From: Oopsacas minuta
Taxonomy: Eukaryota; Animalia; Porifera
Length of the DNA stretch: 64,000 bases
Assembly (NCBI GenBank): GCA_024704765.1
Contig: JAKMXF010000298.1
Span: 62,001-126,000, forward strand
Direction of reading: 5' to 3'
A program made the translations under genes and the position numbers. This document shows, in pieces, positions 53,620 through 64,000 of this stretch. Numbering within the stretch: position 1 is the stretch's first letter; every line of letters starts with the position of its first letter. Below the pieces are notes generated by a model. That model was given only the letters and a program-made list of their open reading frames with translations, did not search any database and was not told where the DNA came from.

Positions 53620-56600
53620 CTATTCTATAGGATGAGACTCTTCCATTACCTCATCTGTACGAGCTCTCTTACTTCTATTTCCTTCCTCGTCACTTTCATG
53701 TTCAGAATCTGTACCATCAACAATTTCATCAAACTCATTCAAAGCAGCATCAACAGCTGCAGTATTTATTCTAAAATCTCTAGCAGTACTTGTCTTAAAA
53801 CTCTCCAACAAATTACATTTACATTTCTTTGAAAGTTGTATAAGGAATCTTTCATATTGTTCTAACGCGAAAATTAAGTTCGGATAAGATCGTGCTTGTT
53901 TCATAATCTTTGTTTTTGATATAGAAGTAGGCCGCATGAATAATCCATCCTTTTCTTTACCCTTCTCTTTCTCTTTTCCCTTTCCTTTTGTAAAGTTTCC
54001 ATTTTCAGATTCTAAGCTCTGATAATGACTAATAAAAATATACATTTGTTGCTCTAAATGTGTGCCGGTATATGAGATAACTTTCTGAAACTTCTCACTC
54101 ATCTCCCCGATACAATTATGGTATAGACTTATATGATACTTAACAGCCTTTATGAAAGTGTTATATAGTTTCGTACATAATTTCGGCAAATTATCCGATA
54201 CTGTTCCTAGAGGAAATGATGTTTGTATTATGTGATGGAAGGTAGCTACTAGAGTTAATAATCTCTGTGATAGCATATCGTAAGTTGATTCATGGGTTTC
54301 GTCATTTGATGGTCGAGCTAGTTTCGTTATAAGCCAGTCCGTTTCATCTAGAACCTTCTCTAGCATGTTAAAGAATAGTGTGCTAACCGTAGGTGTAACA
54401 TTTCGCGAGGTAACAATCCTGTAATGTAATTCATCATCTACTTCAGTTTCATTATCAACATCACCGAGAATTAAATGAATATCCTCAGCTATTTTACGGA
54501 AAAAACTAACCCCAGATTTCAGTTGTAAATGAAGAGTAAATAAATTCTCCAACAGTTTGCTCGATGCTACAAGATCACTGAGTTGTTGTTGACTACAGAA
54601 CCTATGCATCCAGTCATAAACCTCAATAATCTGTGTGGATTCAATAGGTAACCAGCTGTGTAGAATCTGACAGATCTGTAGTATGAATAAAGCATCTTTA
54701 GTTGTGAATCTATCATGTTGCTGGGTAAATATTCCTAGAAGTATAGTCTGGAATCCTTGTAGATGTAAATACACTATTTTAGCTATTTCTTCAAGGTTAT
54801 TCTCATCAGCACTTTGTGGGGTGTTATCTGGCCGAATATTCACGAGGAATTTGAGTTTAGCTTGACTCATATGTTTCTGAATATAAATGAATAGTAGAGA
54901 CAATGCTTCAAACACAAACTGGTCCAAAGCTCTACCTCTATCACGTTTCCATGCTCCAGACCTAGACTGTATTATAGGTGTATAAACGTGACGTAATAAC
55001 ACACGTCCTAGTTGGTAAGCTTTCTTAAAGGTTTTCTCCTGATACAGCCAGGGAGAGTCTAGGATATACCCATTCGTTTGTAGCTCCTGTAGTCTTAATA
55101 TAACCGCATTAAAACAGTGTCTAACCAATGTAACATTCTGTCTGAGATCAGTTAACGCAAGCTCGTGATCTGGGTTGTTATCGCTTAGCAAACTAGTAAG
55201 GATATGAACTAGAGAAGTGAATGTGAATGATGTCATATCGTTATCCTTGTGCTGTGCTACCATACTCCTACGTGCTGGCAGTAGCTTCTCCTTTATGAGG
55301 GTCAGTATACGCTCACATTTAAGAAATAGTAGCAAAATCCTCTCGGATAATTGTGACGTAATTTCATCGCATAGAAAACTATACTCGATTAGTGCTTCAT
55401 AAACTCCTATCAGCGTTCTTGCAATAAAACAGTTCTTCTTACCAACAGCTACTCCAGTGAAATCTGAGTTTATATTCAACTCAAAATCATCTAAACTAGC
55501 ATCAATCATTTTCTGTGTTAAACTATCAAGACAACCCTTAACTTGATATAGAATACCCTCTGTATCTAGTGTATCAATCTCAGAGCTACTCAATCTGCTT
55601 ACAACTTTAAGATAACACAGTTGTACGCTGGTTATAAGAGAAGGTAATGATTCAGTAGGGATAAAATCTATCCCAGAGAACTGGAATAACATGTCTAATT
55701 GAAATACAGCTGGTTGTACTGCCTCTCCTACACGGTTCTCTCTGGGTATATAAGACTTGAGATGGCTTAATAGCATTTCTAAGATAGGTGTATCTAATTG
55801 AGGATTTACACATATTACGTCATAAAATCCGTTATACAGCACCTGTTTGACGTCACTAGTCTGTGAAAGTGATCTCTGTAGAATACCCAGAACCTCAAGA
55901 CAGAGGCCCTCGTTGGCCTCAGGGGTGATAGCCGGACGATCTCGGATATCCACGAGGATCTGACTGGAAGAAAATGGTTGTGAGATTGGACGCTGTGAAC
56001 ACAGAGTCAATAGACCTTCTATGTTAATTTTAAACTTTTTTAGCACTGATAGAAACCCATACACCCCAATACATCTAGCTGATCTACTCTTCATGAATAG
56101 AGCTTTACGCATTTTTAATAACAAAGCATCTCTTAAGGTTAAACTGTATTTTATAAGTGGCTGGATTGCATCAAGAAATGTATAAGCTATATTTAAGGGT
56201 AGAGCTGTTATATAATCCAGGGCCTCAGTCACACGCTGTGTACAGTCTAGCACAAGTTGTGGAGAAGAGCTTATTATAGTTTTGAGTAGATTTAAGTACG
56301 GCATTTTACCTGAATTGTAAGTTAGAGTTACAATCTGTTCTAAGGCACTGCTTAGAATGTGTTCACGAATACCCCCATGTAGTTTAAATATTTCACTAAC
56401 AATTCTCACTCCTAAATCCGCGGTTTTCGCGAGGGGATCAGTTGATAAAGTGTTCTCTCTCAATTTAGATGATGAGTTATATATCAAGCTAATACCTAAC
56501 TTCACAAACCCTTGCATTACTGTTGAATCCCAACCATTTGTCTTTTTAACAGTATCTATCAGTATGACGTCATATTTTTCACTTTCTCTAATCTCACTCA

Positions 56601-57624
56601 TAATTCTCAGCATTTTAGACTGAATCAACTTATCTTCATCTCTATAGCTCTTTAAAATCAATGAATATAATGAATCAGATATGACCAGTTGATATCTCTG
56701 TGTTCCCATCATAGCTATAAATGTTGATATTTCAATTTTACTGATAGTATGCTCCTCACTAGAAACTAGTTTAATTAGCTTCAAAATCTCCTGACAGATT
56801 ATCCTATTCTGTGACAGATAGGTTAATATTAGTCCATATGATTCATGAAGGTCACAAAGCGTAGCTATACCTACTATCTTAAGCTCCATATTGTTGTATG
56901 CTAAGTCTATTGCAGCAAGAAAACTACTAACTCTAGAGGAATTTAAGGAGGTTATTAATTCCTTAATGACAGCAGGGATATTCTGTGGCTCTTCGTTACG
57001 AGATAGTGTCGCCATACATTTGTCTATAAATACTCTGAATAGTTGCTCAGTTAGTTGGACATTCTTCAATGCTTTCGTCAGCGGTAGAACAATGGAAGGA
57101 TGCCAGGGCGAAGCGCAAATAGTGTTTACAACTTGAGTAGGAATTGCGCTTTGTTTCACCTCATCTGTTTCTGGGCTGTCTAGTAATGTTAATTCGTGTG
57201 TAGTATCAATATCCATGGTTTCTAAATCACCCATAGTTAAATCGTGGTCATTTACAATGGTAAGCAACTGTGTGAGCAATTGGAATGCATGAGGTTGTAC
57301 CATTTCCCCACGTTTAACAATAGAAACAAAGTACTCAGTTAAGTTAACGACCCCTTGAATACTGAGACCACCAATATGCTCAGCTAACACTGATAAAACA
57401 GGACTAGTTAATGATGGATCAAACTTGTTGTTATTCGTCATAACATTAATACAATCTTCAATTAGAATTACAATATTATCAAGCTCATTTCCAGTGGCAT
57501 TAGAGGAGATAGAATCTTGAGTTAAAAGACTATTCAATTCTTGTTCAATCGTCAGAGCATATCTGCTCCTATTAGCATCATAAGGATGAGGGTTTAATAG
57601 GATATGTTGTATCTGTGATGTCAT
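53620..57624 (-). CDS. FANCI: Fanconi anemia group I protein, single exon, 1334 aa
   Basis: LKMRKALF (ubiquitinated Lys region), S/TQ cluster CSQRPISQPFSSSQ, LSQTSDVKQVLYNGF, PNLIFALEQYERFLIQLSKK, TARDFRIN. Confidence 0.93.
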   Translation of the reverse strand: MTSQIQHILLNPHPYDANRSRYALTIEQELNSLLTQDSISSNATGNELDNIVILIEDCINVMTNNNKFDPSLTSPVLSVLAEHIGGLSIQGVVNLTEYFVSIVKRGEMVQPHAFQLLTQLLTIVNDHDLTMGDLETMDIDTTHELTLLDSPETDEVKQSAIPTQVVNTICASPWHPSIVLPLTKALKNVQLTEQLFRVFIDKCMATLSRNEEPQNIPAVIKELITSLNSSRVSSFLAAIDLAYNNMELKIVGIATLCDLHESYGLILTYLSQNRIICQEILKLIKLVSSEEHTISKIEISTFIAMMGTQRYQLVISDSLYSLILKSYRDEDKLIQSKMLRIMSEIRESEKYDVILIDTVKKTNGWDSTVMQGFVKLGISLIYNSSSKLRENTLSTDPLAKTADLGVRIVSEIFKLHGGIREHILSSALEQIVTLTYNSGKMPYLNLLKTIISSSPQLVLDCTQRVTEALDYITALPLNIAYTFLDAIQPLIKYSLTLRDALLLKMRKALFMKSRSARCIGVYGFLSVLKKFKINIEGLLTLCSQRPISQPFSSSQILVDIRDRPAITPEANEGLCLEVLGILQRSLSQTSDVKQVLYNGFYDVICVNPQLDTPILEMLLSHLKSYIPRENRVGEAVQPAVFQLDMLFQFSGIDFIPTESLPSLITSVQLCYLKVVSRLSSSEIDTLDTEGILYQVKGCLDSLTQKMIDASLDDFELNINSDFTGVAVGKKNCFIARTLIGVYEALIEYSFLCDEITSQLSERILLLFLKCERILTLIKEKLLPARRSMVAQHKDNDMTSFTFTSLVHILTSLLSDNNPDHELALTDLRQNVTLVRHCFNAVILRLQELQTNGYILDSPWLYQEKTFKKAYQLGRVLLRHVYTPIIQSRSGAWKRDRGRALDQFVFEALSLLFIYIQKHMSQAKLKFLVNIRPDNTPQSADENNLEEIAKIVYLHLQGFQTILLGIFTQQHDRFTTKDALFILQICQILHSWLPIESTQIIEVYDWMHRFCSQQQLSDLVASSKLLENLFTLHLQLKSGVSFFRKIAEDIHLILGDVDNETEVDDELHYRIVTSRNVTPTVSTLFFNMLEKVLDETDWLITKLARPSNDETHESTYDMLSQRLLTLVATFHHIIQTSFPLGTVSDNLPKLCTKLYNTFIKAVKYHISLYHNCIGEMSEKFQKVISYTGTHLEQQMYIFISHYQSLESENGNFTKGKGKEKEKGKEKDGLFMRPTSISKTKIMKQARSYPNLIFALEQYERFLIQLSKKCKCNLLESFKTSTARDFRINTAAVDAALNEFDEIVDGTDSEHESDEEGNRSKRARTDEVMEESHPIE

Positions 57625-57793
57625 AAAAATTAACTAAAAAATATTGTAAAAGTGCACTGTTCATATCTAATATCTAATAGGCATATAGTGGACCATCTTC
57701 GCCAAAAACAGTTCGTATATTATGAAATCAATTTATCGATAAAATTTCAACATGACAATGACTTCGTAATGTTCATAGTGTAATTACAGTTAT

Positions 57794-58666
57794 CTACATA
57801 TCAGTTCTAGATCCTAGCCTATCTCTAAGCTCATTAATCTTCCTTCCTAGATTAGCATTATGAGCCTTGAGATATCGTATCATATCAGCCTGTTTGTCAA
57901 GTAACTCTTCTACATTCTCTGTATCATCGTCTCTAGAGAAACCAATCCCTGGTGGTGCTGATAAAAAGGGTACAACAGCCCCATCCTCAGTACCAATTGT
58001 GTCAGGCTTAGGTTTAGTGTAATTGAATCTGAGAGTAATCGCGAAATATATGATTAACCCAACACCACTCACAATAACCTCAATGCCAACAATAATTGTT
58101 ATAAAGTAATCGAATCTGAAAGTAGACAGCTGTATGAGATAAGTCAACTGACGCTCAATTGAAAATACCAATACAATAGCTGCTAGTCCCGTAGAGTATA
58201 CAATGAATGGGATCCTACGTATATTCCTGAGACGTAGATAAAGTCTTAAGTAACCTCTTAGACGTATTTTGTTGTGAAAATGCTGAACAATGCGATCAAT
58301 AATGAAAACAATAATCCATAAAAATACATGAAAAAGTGCGTAAAAAGAAAATTTATTCTTAAAAGCGACAGATTCGAATTCGGTGATGTCTGGTAGAAAA
58401 TAAATATCAATAAAACAAGCAAGACTGTACACAATTAAAACGAATAGCTCGAACAGAGAGAGGTAACCAGTCAGTATGTATTTGAAATGATTACGAGTAC
58501 ACATTCTAATAACTGTACTATTATTTAGTGAACTACCTCCTGATGAACCTCTAGCCCTGGGATGTATTATTGCTTCTGGTATATCATCATTTGTGGTGCG
58601 TTTGGGAGATCGTTCAGCTGTTTCTGTATAGAAAAACCCTCCACGAGTCTCGTTTAAACTAACCAT
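57794..58666 (-). CDS. TMEM192: Transmembrane protein 192 (lysosomal)
   Basis: Four TM segments, H...R.RGYL..Y and C-terminal ELLDKQADMIRYLKAHNANLGRKI. Likely start MVSLNETRGGFFY at 58666. Confidence 0.85.
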   Translation of the reverse strand: MVSLNETRGGFFYTETAERSPKRTTNDDIPEAIIHPRARGSSGGSSLNNSTVIRMCTRNHFKYILTGYLSLFELFVLIVYSLACFIDIYFLPDITEFESVAFKNKFSFYALFHVFLWIIVFIIDRIVQHFHNKIRLRGYLRLYLRLRNIRRIPFIVYSTGLAAIVLVFSIERQLTYLIQLSTFRFDYFITIIVGIEVIVSGVGLIIYFAITLRFNYTKPKPDTIGTEDGAVVPFLSAPPGIGFSRDDDTENVEELLDKQADMIRYLKAHNANLGRKINELRDRLGSRTDM

Positions 58667-58918
58667 ACAAGCTAATACTAAATTGTATCGAGAATTGGTA
58701 AATAGAAATGCTACAAACATTGTTGCCAGATCGAGGACAAAGTTCCTATATTTCGGCCTTGGAATGAACTTTTGACTTATGGCAAGAACTTGGCATGAAC
58801 CAATGAACTTTTGGAAATAACTTCGTGGATACAACAACTGGCTACAAAATTCCAATAAAAACTTATTTCAAATAAATAAACCCGATCAGCATACATATAA
58901 ATATAATCTCAATTCGTA

Positions 58919-61900
58919 TTACAATTTACTAATCGGCTTAACACGTCCATTGAATGCTATTTGTATCACTTCAGGAATGTTTGAAACGAAAACAAACTGA
59001 ATTTGTGATTGCAAAGATTTTGGTATTTCAAAAAGGCTTTTTCTATTCTTACTCGGCATCATTACCTTCTTAATACCGGCTCTATGAGCACCTAGAACTT
59101 TCTCTTTAATTCCTCCAACTGGTAGTACCATTCCTCTAAGCGTAATTTCACCTGTCATAGCTAGATCAGGTTCAACCGGTTGTTTTGACAGGAGTGACAC
59201 GATAGCTGTCAAAATCGTAACTCCAGCAGATGGACCATCCTTCCCTACAGCACCTGCTGGGAAGTGTATGTGTATATCTGTAGTACTAGGTTCCCATTCC
59301 AATCTGTAACTAGCCAAATTAGATTTAATCCAATTCAGAGCTAGCTGAGCTGACTCCTTCATAACATCCCCTAGATTACCAGTTAGTGTAAGTTTACCAC
59401 TTCCATTCATCTTAGAAACCTCCACGAACAATATTTCTCCTCCAAAGCTAGTCCAAGCAAGCCCAGTAGCTGTCCCTGGTCTAGACACCCTCTCTGCTAT
59501 ATCATGCTCAAATATAGTTGGACCAAGGATTTCCTCAATTGCAACTGAATCAAGATTAAAAGTCTCTACAGATTCATCTACTCTTGCTTCTGCTATCCTC
59601 ACAGCTACAGCTCTACACACAGTAGCTATCTGTCTTTCTAGCTCTCTAACTCCAGCTTCCCGTGTGTAATTAGCTATAGATATATTTATAATTCTAGAAC
59701 ATTCTATAAAATTCTATAAATACTCACCAATAAGAATCTGTGTGCTATTACTGGGTATATTAAGATGCTGTGTTTCTAATCCATGTTTCTTAAGCTGTTT
59801 CGGTATAAGATATCTCTGAGCTATTTCAACCTTCTCTTCCTGTGTATAACCTGGTACTTCTATCAACTCTAATCTATCTCTAAGAGCTGGTGGTATTGTA
59901 TGGGTCATATTGACAGTACAAATGAATAGAACAGTTGAAAGGTCAAAGGTGATGCCAAGGTAGTGGTCTACGAAGGAGTGGTTCTGTTCTGGGTCTAACA
60001 CCTCAAGGAGGGCTCCAGCTGGGTCTCCTTGTACCCCTCTATTTAGTTTATCCACCTATAAGCAATAGTTTAATACAACTGTTTAAAATTTAAGCCTCAG
60101 TTAGTTGGAAACTTGTTTCAGGAAATATTGTCATTATTATCTCACCATTTCTCATTATAATATAAGAAGAAATTTTTTCCATGAATTTGACATTTGTTTT
60201 ATGATAACGTCATAAAATAATGAGATAATGACATCGTGTGGAGCTGAAACAAGTTCTCATTAGCAGGTGCCTTATAGTATTCATAATATACCTCATCCAG
60301 TAGTATAACCGGGTTATTAACTCCCACAGACTTGATTCCCTGTAGAATCCTCCCAGGTAATGATCCTATATAAGTCCTTCTATGTCCTCTTATCTCAGCC
60401 TGGTCTGCTACCCCTCCTAGAGATATTCTATGGAACTTTCTACCCAGAGTATCTGCTATAGCCTTTGCTATACTTGTCTTACCAACACCAGGAGGACCTA
60501 CGAAACACAAAATAGGACCTCTGAGATCGTTCTTGAGACTCTGGACAGCTAAATACTCCAAGATCCTCTTCTTAAGCTTATCCATACCGTAGTGATCAGC
60601 ATCTAAATCTGTGTTAAAGCGAATTTTATCGAGTCAGTTATCGGAGGTAATACAGCAAATTATCATTGCAAAATCCACCATCCATGGTTAAAACGAATAT
60701 TCATATAGGGGATTGTTTTACCTAATCTAGCTTTCTTAACATCAACACTATCCTTAGTAGATTTGCTCCAAGGTAGATCTAATAAGAATTCTAGATATCT
60801 TAATGATACATGATACTCAGGGTTATGTGATTGTATCTTCTCCAACTTAAGTAATTCCATCTCAGCTGCTTCACGTGCATGTGGAGGTAGATTACCTGCT
60901 TCTAACCGATCTCTTAGCTTAGACATTACATCTCTAGGCTGTTTAGTGGGAGATGGTTGTCTAGACTAAAATATTTATAATACGAGCATACCATATTGTA
61001 TGAAATATAGTGTAAGCTCCATAAACGTGGTATCAGTCCGTATGGGACCAGGAATTCTCTCTATTCATTTTTCACTCCATTTCCCATTTTCACAGGTCCC
61101 GTTTGTGGAGTTACACTGTATTTGATATGCCAAGCTTACGAAATTATCTATATCATCAAAGTTTCCATATTTCCTCAAAACCGTGAGAGGAAAGTTATCT
61201 GTACTTCTCTTCTCATGTGGTATCAGCTGAGCTTTCTTCTGATAGATATTAATGAAAATTTGAAAGCGTTTCTCAAGTTCAATAGCTCTCAACAGATCTA
61301 GCTTATCACTGAAATCTAACTCTAAGAATGAAGCGAGGAGATCAGGGTATAATTCAGGGGGTGTAGCACGAATAGTAGTGTATAATTGACGAGAAGTTCT
61401 AGAGCTTAGTGTAGTACGGATTGATTTGATAAATTTCTGAGCTTCAGTCTGAAATTGCTTCACACTATTGGGGAGGTTATTCACATCAAGTTTAGGATCT
61501 TCATGATTATAACGCACTTTATAATACTCCCCTACATGACGTAGAGACTTCACACGAATACGTCCTAAACCTGTCATAAATATCTATAAAGTATATAAGA
61601 ATTAAGTCAGAGATTTTAGTAAAGAATAAATTTGAGGTTACTTGGAAATGAGGTTTAGGATTCGATCTAGCAAGAAGTTTGTTAATTTTGACAGAAGTAC
61701 CGATTTGGTTCTCAACTACAAGTCTCTTCTTCTTCATGTCAGATGTTTGGAACCTGTCAAACTCATCAGCTGTCAGAGGTAGAACAATCAGTATTTTATT
61801 CATCCAATTATCATCATTCCAAAACTCTTTCTCAATTAGTGTAATACTCTCGCCAGTATTCTTACCATAGTTTAGTGTTAATCTACCAAATGCTACTGGT

Positions 61901-61968
61901 AGTATAATAAACTCCTTAATAATCAGGACAGGAGCTTCCTCACCGAATTGAAACAGATTGAATGACAT
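58919..61968 (-). CDS. LONP2: Peroxisomal Lon protease, multi-exon
   Basis: N-domain SNPKPHFQ|IFMTGLGR; Walker [10 protein letters not shown]; ILLDE|VDK; GKDGPSAG (catalytic Ser) and GGIKEK (Lys); C-terminal SKL PTS1; canonical GT-AG introns. Confidence 0.95.
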
Positions 61969-62008
61969 AAAGCTAACACAAATAACAAGAGATATAAAAA
62001 TGATATAC

Positions 62009-62136
62009 CAAACAGTTCCTAACCTTCTTCAATAGCGGACCACCTATAGTACCAATTTTAACACATTTGTGGACTCCCTTCCTGCTGTCGTCAGTAGATC
62101 ACCAAGGATACATGGACCCCAGGTTTGGAACCGCTG
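62009..62136 (+). mobile_element. hAT-type MITE between POLR1C and LONP2
   Basis: Ends CAAACAGTTCCTAACCT...GGACCCCAGGTTTGGAACCGCTG (imperfect TIRs like Charlie-type hAT termini); flanking 8-mers TGATATAC / TCATATAG match at 6 of 8 positions. Confidence 0.65.
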
Positions 62137-62256
62137 TCATATAGAATCTACCTAGCAACGAATCAAGAATGCAATATAAAGTGAATAGAGTTGTATACTT
62201 CACTCTTAAAACGCTTAAATCATATAGAAATATAAAAGATACTCAATAAAGTACTA

Positions 62257-63327
62257 TTAAGTTTGTTTAGCTATCTCTCCTATAAAATAATCACATTTCT
62301 CCATTAATATCTTAATAGACTCCTTCACAATGTCAATAGCAGGTAGAACTCCAATAGATTCTACAGTGAAAATAAAATGATCACTAATTCTTGATAATTC
62401 GACCAAATCTTTGAGTTCTTTATGTCTACACACTTCTCTAGTAGCTGTATCCTTCCTGGCATCAAGTACAAAAGCTACATCGATATTATTCACGGTTTTT
62501 AGACCGATTACTCCCTCAGCGAAACAAGATTGTAGTTTCCTAGCTAATTCACCTGTGATGGGTTCCAATAGCTTTATAGAAGGTAATAGTCTATAGGTAG
62601 CAGTTGCGACAGGTGAAAACTTAGCATGATCCTTGCCTACACCCTTCACACAGTGCAATTTCATTTTAATCTCCTGTCCAGGTCTCAGTTTCATAATTAA
62701 GATATCATCTTGACAAGTCTTGACCTCTCCCAACAGCTGTGCTTGATCACCAATAGGAACCCATTTCATATGACGTGTGTATACATTAGAATTCTTATAC
62801 TTCTCCTCTGGTAATGTAGCGCCTACTGATGCAGCTTTATTGTGTGAACACTTTATACTAAGCTCAAATTCTAGAACTGAATTAGAGTCTACAATTAGTT
62901 GGTTCTTTTCGTTATAAGCGGGGAAATTGAATAGCCTATTAGATTAGAAAATTTAGTTAAAATAGCAAAATTAGAGTAGGGGGTGAATACGTCATAATTA
63001 CCTTGGATCAGCTTTAATAGGAATAAGCCCCATCCTGTGTGCTAACACATCATCTGGCATGACTGACGTATTATTCATCATATACACCTTTTCAATAGCC
63101 ATAATAGGAACTTCTGCTAGCATTATCCTACGGTAAGCATTAGCTATAGAAGCATCAACTCCAATTAAATCAAACTGAATCTCCTCGTCTGTTTTGTACT
63201 TTATATCTACACGGATATCTTTCAGGTATTGCTCAAATGTTTTACCTGTTTCAGCGTGTACATTCTTTGTATCAACTTTGGTCTCACTCAATATTATCTT
63301 TGATTTTATATCACTTAGCGACGCCAT
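62257..63327 (-). CDS. POLR1C: RNA polymerase I/III shared subunit RPAC1 (AC40), 2 exons
   Basis: FDLIGVDASIANAYRRIMLAEVP, LAHRMGLIPIKADPR|LF, KLRPGQEI, GVGKDHAKFSPVATA.YRLLP, HFIFTVES.G; intron 63001-62936. Confidence 0.96.
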
Positions 63328-63351
63328 AGCTAAATTGGAATTTAACGTAGC

Positions 63352-63379
63352 TGATTGATTGATTGATTGATTGATTGAT
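63352..63379. repeat. (TGAT)n tetranucleotide microsatellite upstream of POLR1C
   Basis: About 7 tandem TGAT units. Confidence 0.9.
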
Positions 63380-63486
63380 AAATAATATACAAATTTAAAA
63401 TATTGGATAAATAATAAACAAACAAATTCCATTCAAAATCTGGGAGGTTAGGAAAACATAAATGTACCAGAATCAAGCGACTCTAG

Positions 63487-63834
63487 TCAGTATTTTAGGG
63501 ATATATATATGGCAAAGTACAACAGTAGAAAGACCACGCCCATCAAAGTGACAATTATCCCGATAACAAGGAAGATAATTGCGATAACACGAGCTATTCT
63601 GTTATACAATATAGCTTTATCGTATTCACCCTTCTGAAACTTCAGGTATGCTATAACTAGGAATATTCCAGCTAGTAGGCCAGGAAATCCAAACATAAAG
63701 TATCCAAGTATAACTAGCACAGCTGTAATCAACAGAGCTCTTTCAGTAATGGGTGCTTCCTGTGTTTGGAGAGTAGCCCCATCAGAAGTGTTGGTCCTCT
63801 GTTGCGATACTAACGCAGTTTTCTCCTCAGTCAT
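63487..63834 (-). CDS. CD225/dispanin (IFITM/PRRT-like) small membrane protein
   Basis: Two hydrophobic segments separated by ...FQKGEYDKAILYNRIARVIAII..., matching the dispanin G-D/E-Y...A...S/N..A pattern. Confidence 0.6.
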   Translation of the reverse strand: MTEEKTALVSQQRTNTSDGATLQTQEAPITERALLITAVLVILGYFMFGFPGLLAGIFLVIAYLKFQKGEYDKAILYNRIARVIAIIFLVIGIIVTLMGVVFLLLYFAIYISLKY

Positions 63835-64000
63835 AATATATGCTAAAATTATAATTATTAATGCATTATCATTACAAGGATTTTGACCAGTAACCGGATT
63901 TAACTACGCCTTATAATAATTGGAAAGTTTAATTAGAATCTAAAGTATGATAATGGTAATACGTATAAGGAATTGCTATACTCAAAATAGTTATTTCCCT

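Noticed and set aside
57699-57708. E2F-like site (TTTTGGCGAA on minus strand) upstream of FANCI
   Set aside because: A single imperfect short motif cannot be supported without conservation or binding data.
58667-58855. 63-aa N-terminal extension of TMEM192 in the ORF track
   Set aside because: Starts at a non-ATG codon in the LONP2 3' region; ATG 58666 has the acceptor signature and matches the family N-terminus.
1-64000. tRNA, rRNA or SL RNA genes; the numerous 60-125 aa antisense ORFs in the track
   Set aside because: No cloverleaf, rRNA or leader+GT+Sm-site structure was recognised by eye; the short ORFs overlap real genes on the opposite strand or in other frames and lack motifs.

Overview
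AT-rich, very gene-dense eukaryotic nuclear DNA. The gene set (FoxL2, Spire, PROSER3, CCDC175, DNTTIP1, TMEM192) is animal-type. Compactness, roughly 45-70 nt introns and many single-exon genes suggest an early-branching animal, possibly a hexactinellid (glass) sponge; this is inference only. I can support about 33 protein-coding genes, nearly all on the minus strand. Two were missed by the ORF track: a cytochrome-b5-fused Delta5-type desaturase running off the left edge, and a 59-aa SMIM20/phoenixin-like microprotein. The window also holds six MITE copies of three families and several tandem repeats. Main unexplained structure: (1) Most start codons are preceded within about 1-10 nt by a T/A-rich tract ending in TAG/CAG, i.e. 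a 3' splice acceptor with no evident upstream cis partner, and co-oriented genes are mostly separated by only about 60-290 bp. Together these point to operon-like polycistronic transcription resolved by spliced-leader trans-splicing. (2) Four intronless genes are nested in introns of other genes, two of them on the SAME strand: NDOR1 inside the OTU domain of OTUD3, and a Rec8-like kleisin inside an N-terminally truncated importin-beta paralogue. (3) A USP16/45-like gene carries four single-base frameshifts while its neighbours are intact. All assignments are by motif recognition and recalled family alignments; no database search was run.
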